Assembly: GCF_009914755.1 (NCBI RefSeq)
Contig: NC_060925.1
Origin: the human T2T-CHM13v2.0 reference genome, Homo sapiens
Direction: 5' to 3' (one strand)
DNA: 64,000 nt
In this document: positions 25,320 through 39,470 of the stretch, in pieces
Numbering within the stretch: the stretch's first letter is position 1
Layout of the letters: the number at the start of each line of letters is the position of its first letter
The notes under the pieces: model-generated
Seen by the model: only the letters and a program-made list of their open reading frames with translations
Told to the model about the DNA's origin: nothing
Databases searched by the model: none
Translations under genes and position numbers: made by a program

Positions 25320-28214
25320 ATTAATTTGATAAATTTGAAGCAAAAAGAAGCCTGTCCAAAGACAACAAGAAACCTTTAACTAGCCTAAGAAAAAAAGGCC
25401 TGAATAAGTAATATCAGAGATGAAAAACAAGTACAGCTGTCAGGACATAGATATAAAACATCATTAGAGACTATTATGAACAACTATACAACAACAAATT
25501 TACAAACTTAGAAGAAATAAATTGCTGGACACATTCAATCCACCGAGACTGATACATGTAGAAATAGAGAACCTGAACAGACAAATAGTGAGTAAAAAAA
25601 TTGAAGCAGTAATTTTGCCATTAAAAGTAATGGAAAGAACCGCAATTACTTTTGCTCCAACCTAATGAAAAGTCTCCCATCAAAGAAAGGCCCAAGACCA
25701 AGACTTGATGCATTCATTACTAAATTCTATTAAACAATTACAGAAGTAACACTAATTCTCTCAAACTATTTCAAAAAATTGAAGAGGAGAAAATATTTCC
25801 AGACTCACCAGATACCAAAACTAGATAAAGGCACCACAAAAAATAAAACTACAGGCCAATATTTTTCATAAACATAGATGCAAAAGTCCTCAAAAAATAA
25901 CATACTGGCAAACATAATTTGACAACACAATAAAAAGATCATGTGCCATGATCAAATGAGATTCATTCTAGAAATGCAAGGTTAGGTCAAAATATGCAAA
26001 TCAATAAATGTGATACATCACATCAATAGACTGAAGGATGAATAGCATATGACCATCTAAATAGATGCAAACAAAAAGCACTTGATAAAATTCAACATCC
26101 CTTCCTAATAAAAGCTCTTGATTAATTAGGCATAGAAGTTACATTTCTCAACACAATAAAGCTCACATCTAACATCATACTGAATAGGGAATAACTGAAA
26201 ACCCTTCTACTAAGATCTCAAACAAGACAAGAATGTCTACTTTCACCACTTTTATTCAGCATAGTCTTGGAAGTCCTTGTCAGAGTAATTAGGCAAGATA
26301 AAGAAAAATAAAAGGCTTCCAAGTTGAAAAGAAAAAATTATTATTGTTGGCAGATAAGCTAATCTTATATTTAGAAAAAACTAAAAAAAAAACTGGTAAA
26401 TAACTTCATAAATATGCAGTATATAAAGTCAAGAGACAAAAATAAGTAGCATTTCTATATGTTAACAGCAATAAATCTGAAAAATAAAATCACGAAAGCA
26501 ATCCCATTGATATTAGCTTAAATAATAAATTATGTAGAAATTCATTTTCCAAGTAAGTGAAAGATTTCTACAATGGCAATTATAAAACAGTTATGAAAGA
26601 AATTGAAGAGGACACACACAAAATAGGAAAATATCCCATACTTACAGATTGAAATAATTAATATTGTTAAAATGACCATATTGTCCAAAGCAATGTACAG
26701 AGTCAATATAATCCCTACCAAAACAGCAATGACATTCTACATAGAATAAGAAAAAAATCCTAAAATTCATTTGGAATCACAAAAGATCCCGATAGACAAA
26801 GCAATCTTGACAAAAAAAAAAAAAAAAAGAATGATACTGGAGGCATCGCACTACCTGTCTTCAAATTATACTGAAAGCTGTAGTAACTTAACTGTGTGGT
26901 ACTGACATAAAAATAGACACAAAGAAACAGAAAAGATAGCTCAAACATGAATCCATGAATTTACAGCCAACTCATTTTTGACAAAGTTACTAAAAAATAC
27001 ATTGGGGAAAAAAGGACAGTCTCTTCAACAACAGGTGCTGAGAAAACAGGATACCAATATCCAAAAGGAGGAACCTAGATCCTGTTTCTCACTATACATA
27101 AACATCAACTCATAATGGATGAAATACTTAAATATGAGACCTGAACCTATGAAATTACTAGAAGAAAATTTTGGGGAAACACTGTAGAGTGTTGTTTGAG
27201 CAAAGAATTTTTAGAGTAAGATTTCAAAAGCACAAAAATCAAAATTAAAAGTAGGAAGATAGGATTACATCAATCTAAAAACCTTCTGCACAGCAAAGGC
27301 AATGATCAACAAAGTGAAGAGACAAACTACAAATGGATGAAAATGTCTGTAAACTATTCATTCAACGAGGCATTACAAACCAGAACGCATAAGCAACTGA
27401 AACAATTCAAATGAATATGCAGAAAGGGGAATTTTCATATATTGTTAGTAGAAATGTAAAGTAGTAAAGCCATCATGAAAAACACTATAGAGGTTCCTCA
27501 AAAAAACTAAAAATAGAACTACCACATGGTCTAACAATCCCACTACTGAATATGTATCCAAAAGAAAGGAAATCAGTATATCAAAGAGATATCTGCACCC
27601 CCAGATGTGCTGTGTTTATTGCAGCACTATTCACAATAGCCAAAATATGAAATCAGCCTAAGAGTCCATCAACAGATGCATGGATTTTACAAATGTGGTA
27701 TATACACATAATAGAATACTATTCAGCCATAAAAAGGAATAAAATTCTGTCATTTGCAGCACAGTGAATGAAACTGGAGGTCATTATGTTAAGTGAAATA
27801 AGCCAGGTACAGAAAGACAAATATTGTATACTCTCATTTTTATGTGGGAGCAATAAAAGTGGATCTCATGGAGGTAGAAAGAAGAGAGTTGATTGCCAGA
27901 TCCTAGGAAGGGTAGGGACAGAAAGGAGGATGAAGAGAAGTTAGTTGATGGGTACAAAAATACAATTATATAGAAGGAATAAGTTTTAGCATTTGATAGT
28001 ACAGTAGGGAGGTTATAATGATCAATAATTGATTGTATTTTTCAAAATAGCTGGATGAGAAAAATTGAAATGTTACCCACACAAACTAAAGATAAATGTT
28101 TGATGTCATGGATGTCCCAATTAACCTGATTTGAATATTATATATTGTATACATTTATCAAAACATCGCATGTACCCCTAAAACTTGTGCAATGCTTATA
28201 TATCGGTGAAAAAT
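25320..28214 (+). mobile_element. L1MA-like element, ORF2 to 3' end with internal deletions
   Basis: decayed ORF2 (AACTACAGGCCAATAT, GATAAAATTCAACATCCCTTC) and MA-type 3'UTR. Confidence 0.9.
25613..25665. mobile_element. partial MADE1 (Hsmar1 MITE) inserted in L1
   Basis: TTTTGCCATTAAAAGTAATGG..AACCGCAATTACTTTTGCTCCAACCTAA, with an intact right TIR. Confidence 0.88.
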
Positions 28215-28215
28215 A

Positions 28216-28805
28216 TGGTTGCATTCCTCAGTCCTCTTTTCTGCAATAGATAATGAAATTCCAGGGAGGGGATAAAAGGCAATTGCGTTTCTTTGGTAAG
28301 AAGTTTTCGGGCCGGGGACGGTGGCTCACACCTGTAATCCCAGGACTTTGAGAGGCCAAGGCGTCCGGATCACCTGAGGTCAGGAGTTAAGACCAGCCTA
28401 GCTAACATGATTAAACCCCGTCTCTACTAAAAATACAATAATTAGCTAGGCATGATGGCGGGTGCCTGTAATCCCAGCTATACTGGAGGCAGAGGCGGAG
28501 GAATCGCTTGAACCCGGGAGGCGGAGGTTTCAGTAAGCTGAAATCAGCTATTGCACTTCAGCCCGGGCGAAAGAGCCAGGCACAGTCCCCACCCCACCTC
28601 AAAAAAAAAAAAGTTTTTGGTCAGTTAAAGAAATCCCAGAGAGTTCCTCCCTGCACTTGGCAGGGAGAAACAAGAAAACAAGAACAAGACAAGGTTAGAG
28701 TGAGACACCTTAATCCTGAGGCTTATTTCTGAAACCTTTCAATTTTCAAAAGCACTCAGCATGTCCATATTCCCTATTTTGGGGAATCATTTTCCGCACC
28801 CCAAC
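28216..28805 (-). mobile_element. probable ERV1-class LTR fragment interrupted by an Alu
   Basis: TTTTCAAAAGCACTCAGCATG..TATTTTGGGGAATCATTTTC resembles antisense MER4-group LTR starts; family not determined. Confidence 0.5.
28309..28612 (+). mobile_element. AluS SINE
   Basis: GGCCGGGGACGGTGGCTCACACC..GGATCACCTGAGGTCAGGAG; flanked by AAGTTTT on both sides. Confidence 0.95.
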
Positions 28806-28809
28806 AGCC

Positions 28810-31800
28810 CCAAGAAAGGCAGCTGGAGAAGAGCAGAGTCAACCACCTGTGTTCGACATTGCTTAAAAGACAGCAGTCATTCTGAACACAAATGGGCCTC
28901 TGTCCCCATCGCCAGATCCAGAGAAGAAAGATTTTTGCTTAGGGGAAAAAATAAATCATAAGAATAAAGAACATCAAAGCTCTTCTCAGAGAAACTGTCT
29001 GTAGTTGAAACATAGTGTAATAAAGTTCAAGCTTAGGATACTATTAAAAAACATGGGAGATTTTGATGATAAATCAAAATAAAGCCGGCGGTTCTATGGG
29101 AGCAACAAAATAAATCACAAATCAGCAGTTTGCCGAGGAAATCTAAGGATAGAAACAGCTAAGAACTCTCCTGTGGTCAGAGTAAATATTGACCTTAAAA
29201 ATATTTACATAAAGGGTCCTAAATTTAGTTTATGCTCTACAATTGTGTCTAAAATAATAAGGCAAGCAACTGGCAATTAGTGGTGTCCAATAGTTGGCTG
29301 TGATACCAAAAGAATCAGACAGCCTAACAGAGAGATTAGGAAAAGAGACAAAGAGAGTTCTGCTAAAATCACTGTTTTTCCATAGTTAGCATGTGCACAG
29401 GCAAGGTTGTATCCTCTAAGGATTGACATCATAGGCCCTATCCTGTGGGGAAAATATACATCACTAAAGTAATCAATCCAAGTCATTAAACTAATAAACA
29501 AGCAAATACAAATTAAGAGCAAAACCCAAGGGTGAGGGGGATCAGTATCCAGAGTTACTATATTATCCAAACTGTCTAGTTTTTACTGAAAAATAGATAT
29601 GTAAGATATATAAAGAAACATAAAACGGTGGCTCATGCATAGGAAAAAGAGTAGAAAATGAAAACTGTGAGAGGACCAGATGTTTGAGTTAGCAAACAAA
29701 GATGTCAAAGCAACCATTATGGATATGTTCAGAAAACTAAAGGACGCCATGATTAAAGAAGTAATGGAAGGTATCACGATAATATATCAGCAAATATAGA
29801 ATAATAAATACAAATTAGAAAATAGAATCACATAAAAATTCTATAATTGAAAAGTAAAATATCTGAAATAAAACATTTATCAGAAGACTCAGTGGTGGAT
29901 TTAAACCAGCAGAAAAATCAGGGCACTCAAATATACATTGACAGTTATTTTACTACCTGAAAAGTAGAGAGAAAATAAAATAAGGGGAAACAAGAAGAGC
30001 ATCAGAATGTGGAGCACGACTAAGCACAGTAACGTATGAGTAAGAAGAGTATCAAGAAAGAGATAAAAAAGGAGCAGAAAAAATATTTGAAAAAATAACG
30101 GCTGAAAACTTCCCAAATTTGATAAACATAAACTTATACATCCAAGAAGCTCAATAGATATGTAGGATGAACACAAAAAGAGCCATAAATAGACACATAA
30201 TAGCAAAACTAAGACCAAAGATAAACAGAAAACATTGAAAATGAAGTGAAAAATAATTTTATGTACAAAGGAACCCCTATAAAAATTACATATGGCTTTC
30301 CACCGGAAACAACAGAAGTCAGAGACAGATGAAATATTCAAAGTACTGAAAAAAATAAAAGGTCAATCAAATATGTTATATTTAGCAAAACTTTCAATAA
30401 TGTAAATGGTTCAAAGTGGTTTAAATTTATTAACATTCAACAGTAGGAAAACAAACTAATTAAATAACTGAATCCGACATGCAAAGAGTTTGAAATTTCT
30501 TATTACTATTTTTGCTGCAAGAAAATATCTGAAAAGCTGAAAATCCACAACTCTCTTTAGATCTGTCAGAGCCCTGAGGTTACAGGACAAACCACTGAGA
30601 CAGGCAGAAACAGAAGATACACTTTAACAAATGTAAGAGTAGAAATTCTTGCCAAAATGGAATTAAACTAGAAAATAAATAACAGAAAGATAGCTAGAAA
30701 ATTCCCCAATACCTTGAGATAAAATAACACAGTTATAAATAAAAAAAAAAGGCCTAAGAGAAATTAAAAAATATTTTGATTCAGCAAAGGTGGTACTTAA
30801 AGAGATATTTTTTATTGAATGCATATATCACAAAAGGGGAAGGATCTTACATTAACAATCTAAGCTTCTATTTCAGGAAACTCAAAAAACAAGAGCAATT
30901 TAAATTCAAAATAAAGAAAATAGGAGAGAGAATACCAGAGCAAAAATCAGTAAAATTAAAAATAAGAAAACCAAAATCGGATTATTAAAAAAAATTTAAT
31001 TAGAAGCCCCTACTTGGTCCCCAGAGTAATCAAGAAAAAAGAAGAAGAAAAGATTTATTAATATCAGAAATGAAAGAGAGAAATCACTATTGATATGATG
31101 AATAACAAAGGCATTTCATGAGCAGTTCTATGCCCATAAATTTGATGGTCTACATAAGTTGAATCAATTCCATGAAAAACAAAATCTATCAAAACCCACA
31201 TAAGGATAAATAATCTGAATAAATCTATAAATATATTAAATAAACTAAATCAACAGCTAATATCCTTCTAAAATAGAAAACACCAGGCCCAGGTATTTTC
31301 ACTGGTGAATTCTACCAAACATCTAAAATATAAATTATACCAATTCTGTACAGTGGCTTCCAGAAAATATAAGCAAATGGAACTTTTCCTGACTCATGCT
31401 GTGAAACCTCTAATAACAAAACTAAATATTGTTATGAAGGAAAAATACACACCAACATCTTTCATGAACACAGATGCAAAAACCATCAAAGTGTTGGCAA
31501 AAGAATGGACAGATGAATGGAACAGAATAGAGAGCCCAGAAATAATAGATCCACTGATCTTTGACAAGCAATTAAGTGGAGAAAGGGTAGTCTTTTAATA
31601 AATGTTGCTAGAATAACTGGACATTCACATGCACAAAACAAAAATCATTCTAGACACAGTCCTTACCTCTTTCACAAGAATTAACCTCAAATGGATCCTA
31701 GTCCAACATGTAAAATGCAAAATTTTGTTATTTCTGGAAGATAACAGAGAAAATCAAAGTAATCTTGGGATTAGCAATACTTTTTTTTTTTTTTTTTTTC

Positions 31801-32630
31801 GAGACAGGGTCTCATTCTATCACCCAGGCTGGACTGAAGTGGTGCAATCATGACTCACTGAGGCCTCGCTCTCCTGGGCCCAAGTGATCCTCCCACTTCA
31901 GCCTCCTAAGTATCTGGGACCACAGTGTATATCATCACATCTGGCTAATTTTTAATTTTTTTTTTGTAGATATGGGGTCTCCCTATATTGCTCAGTCTGG
32001 TCTCTAACTCCTGGGTTCAAGCAGCCCTTCCGCTGCATCTTTCCAAAATGCTGGGATTACAGGAGTGAGTCACTACACCCGGCCAGGCATACATTTTTAA
32101 ATAAGTCACCAAAAACAAACAGACAAAAAAATACATTAGATTTTATTAAAATTAAAAATTTTACTCTGCCAAGGACACTGCATAGAGAGTAGAGAACCAT
32201 TAATGTTAATATTAAGGTTAATACTTAAAAGAAGATTATTTTAGCAAACTATAAATATATTCTTGCTCTACTTTCTTCTCTCAGCTTCTTTAAACATGTA
32301 TACATATAAACATATATAATATTGTGGGGTTCTTTTCACAAAAAGGGTGAAGAGTTAATAATGATATATAGGTGTAACTTTTCTATGTAAAAATCACTAA
32401 TTTAATCCGTTAATCACTGAATTAAGGTGTGATAAATCTGAAGTCAATTCTGTTGTCTATGAGAAGAAACCTTAGAACAACATGAAGAAAATAACTAAAC
32501 ATATTTAATGACAAAAATCATTTAAAAAATTACATTAGAAAATGTTCACTAATGCAAGAAAAGCCAGCAAAGATGAATAGAGGAACCAAAAATACATAAG
32601 ACATACAGAAAACAAAAAGGATGGCAGACT
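28810..32630 (+). mobile_element. ancient, fragmented L1M (5' region, ORF1, ORF2 pieces)
   Basis: GCAGAAAAAATATTTGAAAAAATAACGGCTGAAAACTTCCCAAATTTG (ORF1); CACCAGGCCCAG..TTCACTGGTGAATTCTACCAAACAT and WNRIESPEI (ORF2). Confidence 0.75.
31781..32084 (-). mobile_element. AluJ SINE
   Basis: poly-T, GAGACAGGGTCTC, CAAGTGATCCTCCCACTTCAGCC. Confidence 0.93.
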
Positions 32631-32925
32631 TCAGATTTACCTGAAATACAATTTGCCTGATAAACATTTTCACACTATTTCCTTTATTAGATGTAATTTA
32701 CATTGAAAAATGTATTTGTATGTTAACATTTTGAAATCTGTTTCTATATTTTTATTCTTATAAGCGATAAAACTTAGGAAATTAGGGAAAGTTAAAAAAA
32801 AGGAAAAGAAAAAAATTCCCTAGTGTCATCCATCAGGTTCCTGACAGAGCTCAAATCTGAGTTCAGAGCCCTGCTCTCCAGCAGAGCTACATTTCTGAAC
32901 TTCACAGAGCTACTGGCATTCAGTT

Positions 32926-33270
32926 GTGCAGTGAACAGATTCTTAGGGTGGCCCCCGTCATCTTTGCCTCCTGACATTCATGCTCTTGTGTGATCCCCTC
33001 CTTCAGTGGGTGTAAGACTTGTGGCTTGCTTCTAACAAATAGAATATGTCAGAGATGATCTAGAGATGATCTAGTATATGATTTCATGTAGGTGATTATG
33101 TGCTTACATTAAATAAGATTGTAGTGTCCATCTTCCTGGAGCTCCTCTGTCTTTTGCCGATTTTGAGAAAACAAGTGACCTTTTTGGGAGACCCTAAGAC
33201 ACAAAGAACCATAAGAACTTTCTAAGAACTGAGATTGGATTCCAGTTGATGTTATGCAAGGGTCTCCAAC
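32926..33270 (+). mobile_element. MLT1 (F/G-like) LTR, partial
   Basis: GCCTCCTGACATTCATGCTCTTGTGTGATCCCCTCC..GACTTGTGGCTTGCTTCTAACAAATAGAATATG. Confidence 0.7.
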
Positions 33271-33317
33271 AAATAGTAAGAAAACCTTTATCACCTGACA
33301 AAAAATCATAAAATAAA

Positions 33318-33930
33318 GTCATTTACTTCTATTGTATGTATACACACCACAGTTTGTTTACCCACTCGTACACTGATGGAAATGTGAACTGTTTCCACAT
33401 TTTGACTATTATTAATAGTGATGATATGAATATGTGTGTGCATGTATTTGTTTGACTACCAGTTTTTAATTCTCTAGAGTATATTCCTCAGAGTGGAACT
33501 GCAGAGTTACATGTAATTCTTTGTTTAACTGAGGAATCCCCAAACTGTTTTTCCATACTAATTGAACTATTTTACATGATTACCTGCTACAATATAGATG
33601 AACCCAGAAAATATCAAGCTAAGTGAAAGAAGGCAGACACACAAGTTCACATATTGTACAATTCCATTTATATGAAATAACCAGAATAGGTATAAGCATA
33701 AAGAATTAATGTAGACTGGTGGTTGCCAGCCAGTGGGAAAAGGGGGAATGGGGAGCAACTGCTTCATGGATATATTTCCTTTTGGGTGATAAAAATATTT
33801 TGTAATTAGATACAGGTCATGATGATAAAACATTTTGAATTGATTAATTTACACTGAAGTATTCACTTTAAAATTGTTAATTTTATGTTATGTGGATTTT
33901 ACATTGACTGCCAAAACAAAACTAAACAAA
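33318..33930 (+). mobile_element. L1MB-like 3' end with inverted 5' segment (33318-33577 antisense; 33578-33930 sense)
   Basis: antisense CACCACAGTTTGTTTACCCACTC...TTTTACAT joined to sense TGCTACAATATAGATGAACC..AAGTGAAAGAAGGCAGACAC. Confidence 0.8.
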
Positions 33931-34709
33931 GATTTTGTAAATCTTTTATTTGCTCGGTGTGCTGGCTGTCTCCACTCCTACTTTTAACAACATACACAAG
34001 TCTCTTCCCACTCTCTTTCCAGTATCACAGTAAAGATAAAGAAGCTTTCTGCTAACTCTCATACCTGTAGTTGATTAATTCAAAGAAGAATACAGTAGTG
34101 CAAACTTAAACACTGCAGACTTCCAAAAAAATTTATGTTCATATGGTACTCTATTAAAAATAACTTGAAATATACACCCAGATTTATCAATATTCTCTTT
34201 TTCTTTGACTCTCATTTGCCAACTTAAGGAATTATTTTCATAATCTTTGTAATCTTTGCACTGATATGTATTTTTTACATAATGAAATCAGTATTATGAA
34301 TGGAAGAATATAAAGCTTTGATTATCCGATGGAATGCTTCTTTTTTGGCATTGTCTTTGGCAGTCAATAAGAAAATTAATAATTTTGGATAAAAGGATCT
34401 TATTTCAGAGATAGTTCTCAGAATAAGTGAAAACTTAGAGAAGCTCAGAGAATAAAGAGAAACCAAGAAAATTTTTTAAGTCGCTGAAAACAAAGAAACA
34501 TTATACCACAAGCCAGTATAGACAACACCACTGCTGTTGGTCGTATGAAACCTTGGACTCCCCTGTGTCACTGGACTCACTGCTAATGTGAGACCCTCAG
34601 TGAGTGACACTATTAATTATCACTGCTTTTATAATAAATAATTCCTGTACCTAGTTTTTACCTACCTGAATCCTGAAGGTGTTTGAGTTAATGAAAATGA
34701 TTTAACATA

Positions 34710-36853
34710 TTTTTATTTTTTTAGATTGACATATAATAATTCTACATACATATGGGGTATATAGTGATGTTTTTATACATATAAGGCATAGTGACTAGGT
34801 CAGAGTAATTAGCCTATCCATCATCTCAAACATTTACTATTTCTTTATGTTGGGAACATTCAATATTCTCCTTATAGCTATTTAAAACTATATATTATTA
34901 TAAACTATGGTTAGTTCTATACCCTCAGTGGTATAGAAAACTAGAATTTATTCCTCCTATCTGTAATTTTATGTCCTCTAACAGATCTCTCGCTATTCTT
35001 TCCTTCCCCCATCATCCCCAGCCTGCAGTATCCTCTGTTCTGCTTTTTACTTCTATGAGATCAACATTTTTTAACTTCCATATATGTGAGAATATGCAGT
35101 GTTTAACTTTCTGTTCCTGGCTTATTTCACTTAAAATAATGTCCCCTAGTTCCATCCATATTGCTGCAAATGACAGGATTTCATTTTTTTAATGACTGAA
35201 GAGTATTCCATTTTACATATACACCATATTTTCTTTATCCATTCATCTTTCATTGGACAGCTGAATTGATTCCATATCTTGGCTATTATGAATAGTGCTG
35301 CAACAAACATGGGGGTGAGGGCAGATGTCTCTTTGATATACTGATTTCTTTTCCTGTGGATAAATGTTCAATAGTGGGAGTGCTAGATCATATGGTAGTT
35401 CCATTGGTAGTTTTCTGAAGAACCTCCCTATTGTTCTCCATAGTAGCTTTACTAGTTTACCTTCCCACCAACAGTGTATAAGAGTTTACTTTTCACCTCA
35501 CGCTCATCAGCATTTGTTATTTTTGGTTATTTGATCATAGCCATTCTAACTGGGGAGAGATGGTACCTCATTGTTGTTTTGATTTGCATTTACCTGATGA
35601 TTAGTGATGTTGAACATTTTTTTCATATATTTGATGATCATTTGTATCTCTTTTGAGAAATGTCTATTCAGATTATTTGCCATTTTTTAATCAGATTATT
35701 CCTTTTTTGGCTATTGCAATGTTTTGGTCCCTTGTATATTCTGGACATTAATCCCCTGTCAAATGAATAGCTGGCAAATATTTTCTCCTATTCTGTAGGG
35801 TTTTTTTTTTCACTCCATTGTTTTCTTTGCCGTGAAGAGCTTTTTAGTTTGATAAAATCACGTTCGTTTGTTTTTGTTTTTATTGCCTATAATTGTGAGG
35901 TCTTACCCCCAAAATATTTGCCAAGACCAATGTTCTGAAATGTTTTCCCTGTGTTTTCTAATAAGAATTATATTGTTTTAGGTCTTATATGTAGGTCTTT
36001 GATCCATTTTAAGTTGATTTTTGCATAAGATGAGAGATGCAGGTCTAGTTTAATTCTTCTGCATATAGATATCTAGTTTTCCCAACACCCTTTGTTAGAG
36101 AGACAATCCTTTCCCCAGTGGATGTTCTTGGCGACTTTGTCAGGAATCAGTTAGCTATAGATACATAGATTAATTTCTGGGCTCTCTATCCAGTTCCTTT
36201 AGTTGATCTATTTCTATGTGAGTACCATGCTGTATTGGTTAGCATGGCTTAGTAGTATAGTTTGAAATCTGATAGTGTGATGCTTCCAGCTTTATTCCTT
36301 TTGGTCAAGATTTATTTGGCTGTTTAGAGTCTTTGGTGGTTCTATAAAAATTTTAAGTATTTTTTTCTACTTCTGTGAATAATGTCACTGATATTTCGAT
36401 AGGGATTGCATTGAATCTATATATTACTTTGTGTAATATTATCTTTTTAATGATATTAACTCTTCTGATCCATGAGCATGGGATGCCATTCCATTGGTTT
36501 GTATCCTTTTGAATTTCTTTCATGAGCATTAGCATTTTGTACCTTTGCTTATAGAAGTCTTTTTTCCCCTTGGTTATATTTGTTCTTAGGTGATTTTTTC
36601 TTTTATAGATACTGTGAATGGGATTGCCTTCTTGATTTCTTTTCTTTTTTTTTTTAGCTATTTTGCTGTTCTTGTATAGAAATTCTAGAATGTTTGCATG
36701 TGATTGTGTATTCTGCAACATTACTGAATTTGTTTTGGTAGAGTCTTCAGATTTTTCTATATGTAAGATTGTGTCTGCCAACAGGGACAACTTGACATCT
36801 TCCTTTCCAATGTGGATGTTCTTTATTTCTTTCTTGCCTAATTGCTTGGGCTA
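34710..36853 (-). mobile_element. L1MA-like, 5'-truncated with an intact 3' end
   Basis: T-rich tail, antisense 3'UTR; ORF 36353-36790 with WNGIPCSWI..IYRFNAIPI. Confidence 0.92.
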
Positions 36854-39289
36854 GATTAAATGTATTTAAATGATTATTTGTATATGCTTAAGATTGTTAT
36901 TTTGCTAGTGATCAATTGCTTTAATTAAATTTATCAGTTTGAGGATGAAGACACAGTAAAACATTACAATATATTAATCATTATTCTCTCACTTTAACAT
37001 AGCAAGTTGTTTATAAGCACCACTGAACTACCAAACACATCTCTTTCACTAAATAAATATAATTTCAACATTTAATTTAAAAACTCTAAAATGTAGGTAG
37101 CTACTACATACACAAACTAAGCCATAGTCCATACAAATTAATTGAGAAAAAGTTAAGACACAACTGGAAACTTTCCATTTGCATTCAATATCCCAGTGCT
37201 TGAGAATAATTATGAGACTAGAAGAAAATGGCTGCATCTTGGAACTAGATTTGTAGACTTAAAAGAACTGGATCTATTTAAAAATATTAAATATTTGGAA
37301 GAATCTTTTATTTTTTATGAGGTTTTGAAGCTTTTTCTCCAGGCACTAATACCAAAGGATTAAAAAGTTTTTTTTTCATATGACAGCTACTTCACAAGAT
37401 TTTGTAAAACTCATGAAAAAAAAATTCAAAAGGAAGAAAAACTCAGGTCATCCCATAAGTATATAGCAGTTGGTTCTGTTACTGTTGTTGTTTCCTCAGG
37501 TGAGAAAGTCAAGGATACAGCCTGAATTGAAATGGAGTAATAGTTTTGATTATAATTCAAGGGGCTGTATAACCAAAAGTAAACAGGATTAGAATGTTGA
37601 AATATAACCCATAACACTCTATAACAAATGTCTGCCTTACTAAAATAGAAATAAAAAATGATTAGTAGAAAATATTTCTTACATTCAAAATTAAAACACT
37701 TTTCTCCATTTTATCAATCTTCCTAACCTAGAATAAAGTTTTTTGATATGTATACATATAGAAAATTATATAAAATAAAATATAGATGTATATATATCTT
37801 ACACAATTTTGTTTATTCATCTATTATTTTTATTAAATGTCACTATATATATCACCTGGAAATACACAGTTCAGTTAATTGAATTTTCTTTTAGAAATTA
37901 ATGAATTCATTTAGAATCTTATTCCCAGGATTGTAATAAAACAGAAAAATTAGTTTTACCACATTAAAATGAGCATCAACTTGATCAGTTCATTTTATAA
38001 AACTGAAAATATTAACCCAACATTATATTTTCTGAATTAAAGTTTTATGTCAATAACATAGTTCCCTTAGCTTCCTGGACTTTTTGGTTTTCTAAGCAGT
38101 GTAATTGAATATTACAACTGTCTTTATTAATTAATTATAGTGTGGAAGTCTCAATGAGTAAAAGAGAAGATAATTATCATATTTTCAACTGTAACCTTTT
38201 ATATATTTACAGCAAATACCTGGTGACTTTTTATTTAAACTAATGCTAACTATTGATCAAAGATGTGTTCAATTTCTTGTAATATTGGTCTTTAGTTCAG
38301 GGTCGAAAGCATTAGGACAGCAGATTCTCAGCCGTAACATACCAGAAACAAAGAAACAGCCTTTGAAAGAGTTCTCAGAAGTCAGTAAGGACACCCACAT
38401 AATCTTGCACTATGTACTTGGCTTGTATACCAAATACTGACTAAAATATTTTATCTCTGTGGTTTCAATTCAGTTGTGCTATAATAAGAGTCCTTGCCAC
38501 TATTAACGTGTTAAAAAAAAAGACTTCCGAAGTGAATATCTTTAAGCTACATTTTCTCAAAACAGAAATAACTTTTTAAAAAGTACAGTACATGCTCTAT
38601 TTCATGGGTTCTTTTAATAGAAAAAGACTACATACCTCTTCTGTTTAAATTAGCAAGTTTCAAACTACTTTTTTTTATTTCTAGAAGTGACATTATATAA
38701 CATTTACCCACCATGTACAGGAAGGTGATCAAAATGACTTAAGATATTTGCATACTAGAAAAATCATGGTAATGTTTCATTTTTTTTCTTTCAATAGAAA
38801 TGGGATTAAATAAATATTAATAGAGAAAATAACAGAGAGACAGTAGCAAATGGTGCAGACCACAGTGAATTAAAGAATACAGGTGCCATTTAAACTGTAA
38901 ACATTCAGCTCCAATATATTACTAACCTGTGGCAATGTGGGTGCAGTGCTTATAGACTTTTCCTCTTTATCTCTTTTTTCCCCCTCAGAGAAACAATCTC
39001 TGGATTGGTATGAATAATCAATAAATTCTTAAATTCTCATACAAGACCTCACTTTATAACAGTTTTCTAGTGGTATATAAGACATGCAGAACAATGTGAC
39101 AGTTAAATAAATATCATAGATTACCAATTTATATTATCTGGTTTAGACAATTCAGAAAGAACCCACTTTTTCACCAGTGTTTGAAACAACTAGCAAAGAT
39201 TGCATAATTAATTAGAATACAGAATACAGTGGTTTAAAAAATCAAGGAATATAAAACATCAAAAGTGAAGCTTAATGTAAAATATGTAC

Positions 39290-39470
39290 TTTAAATGATA
39301 ATGATTTGTCAATGCAGGTTTATCAATTCTAGGAAATGTGCCACTCTGGTGAAAGATATTGATAATGGAGGAAGGGGATACATGGGGGTAGGGGATACAT
39401 GGGGGTAGGGGGCACATGGGAGCTCCATGTATATCCCATCCAATTATTCTGTGAACCTAAAATTGTTTTA
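39290..39470 (+). mobile_element. old L1M (MC/MD) 3' terminal fragment
   Basis: AAATGTGCCACTCTGGTG..GATATTGATAATGG..TCTGTGAACCTAAAATTG. Confidence 0.7.
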
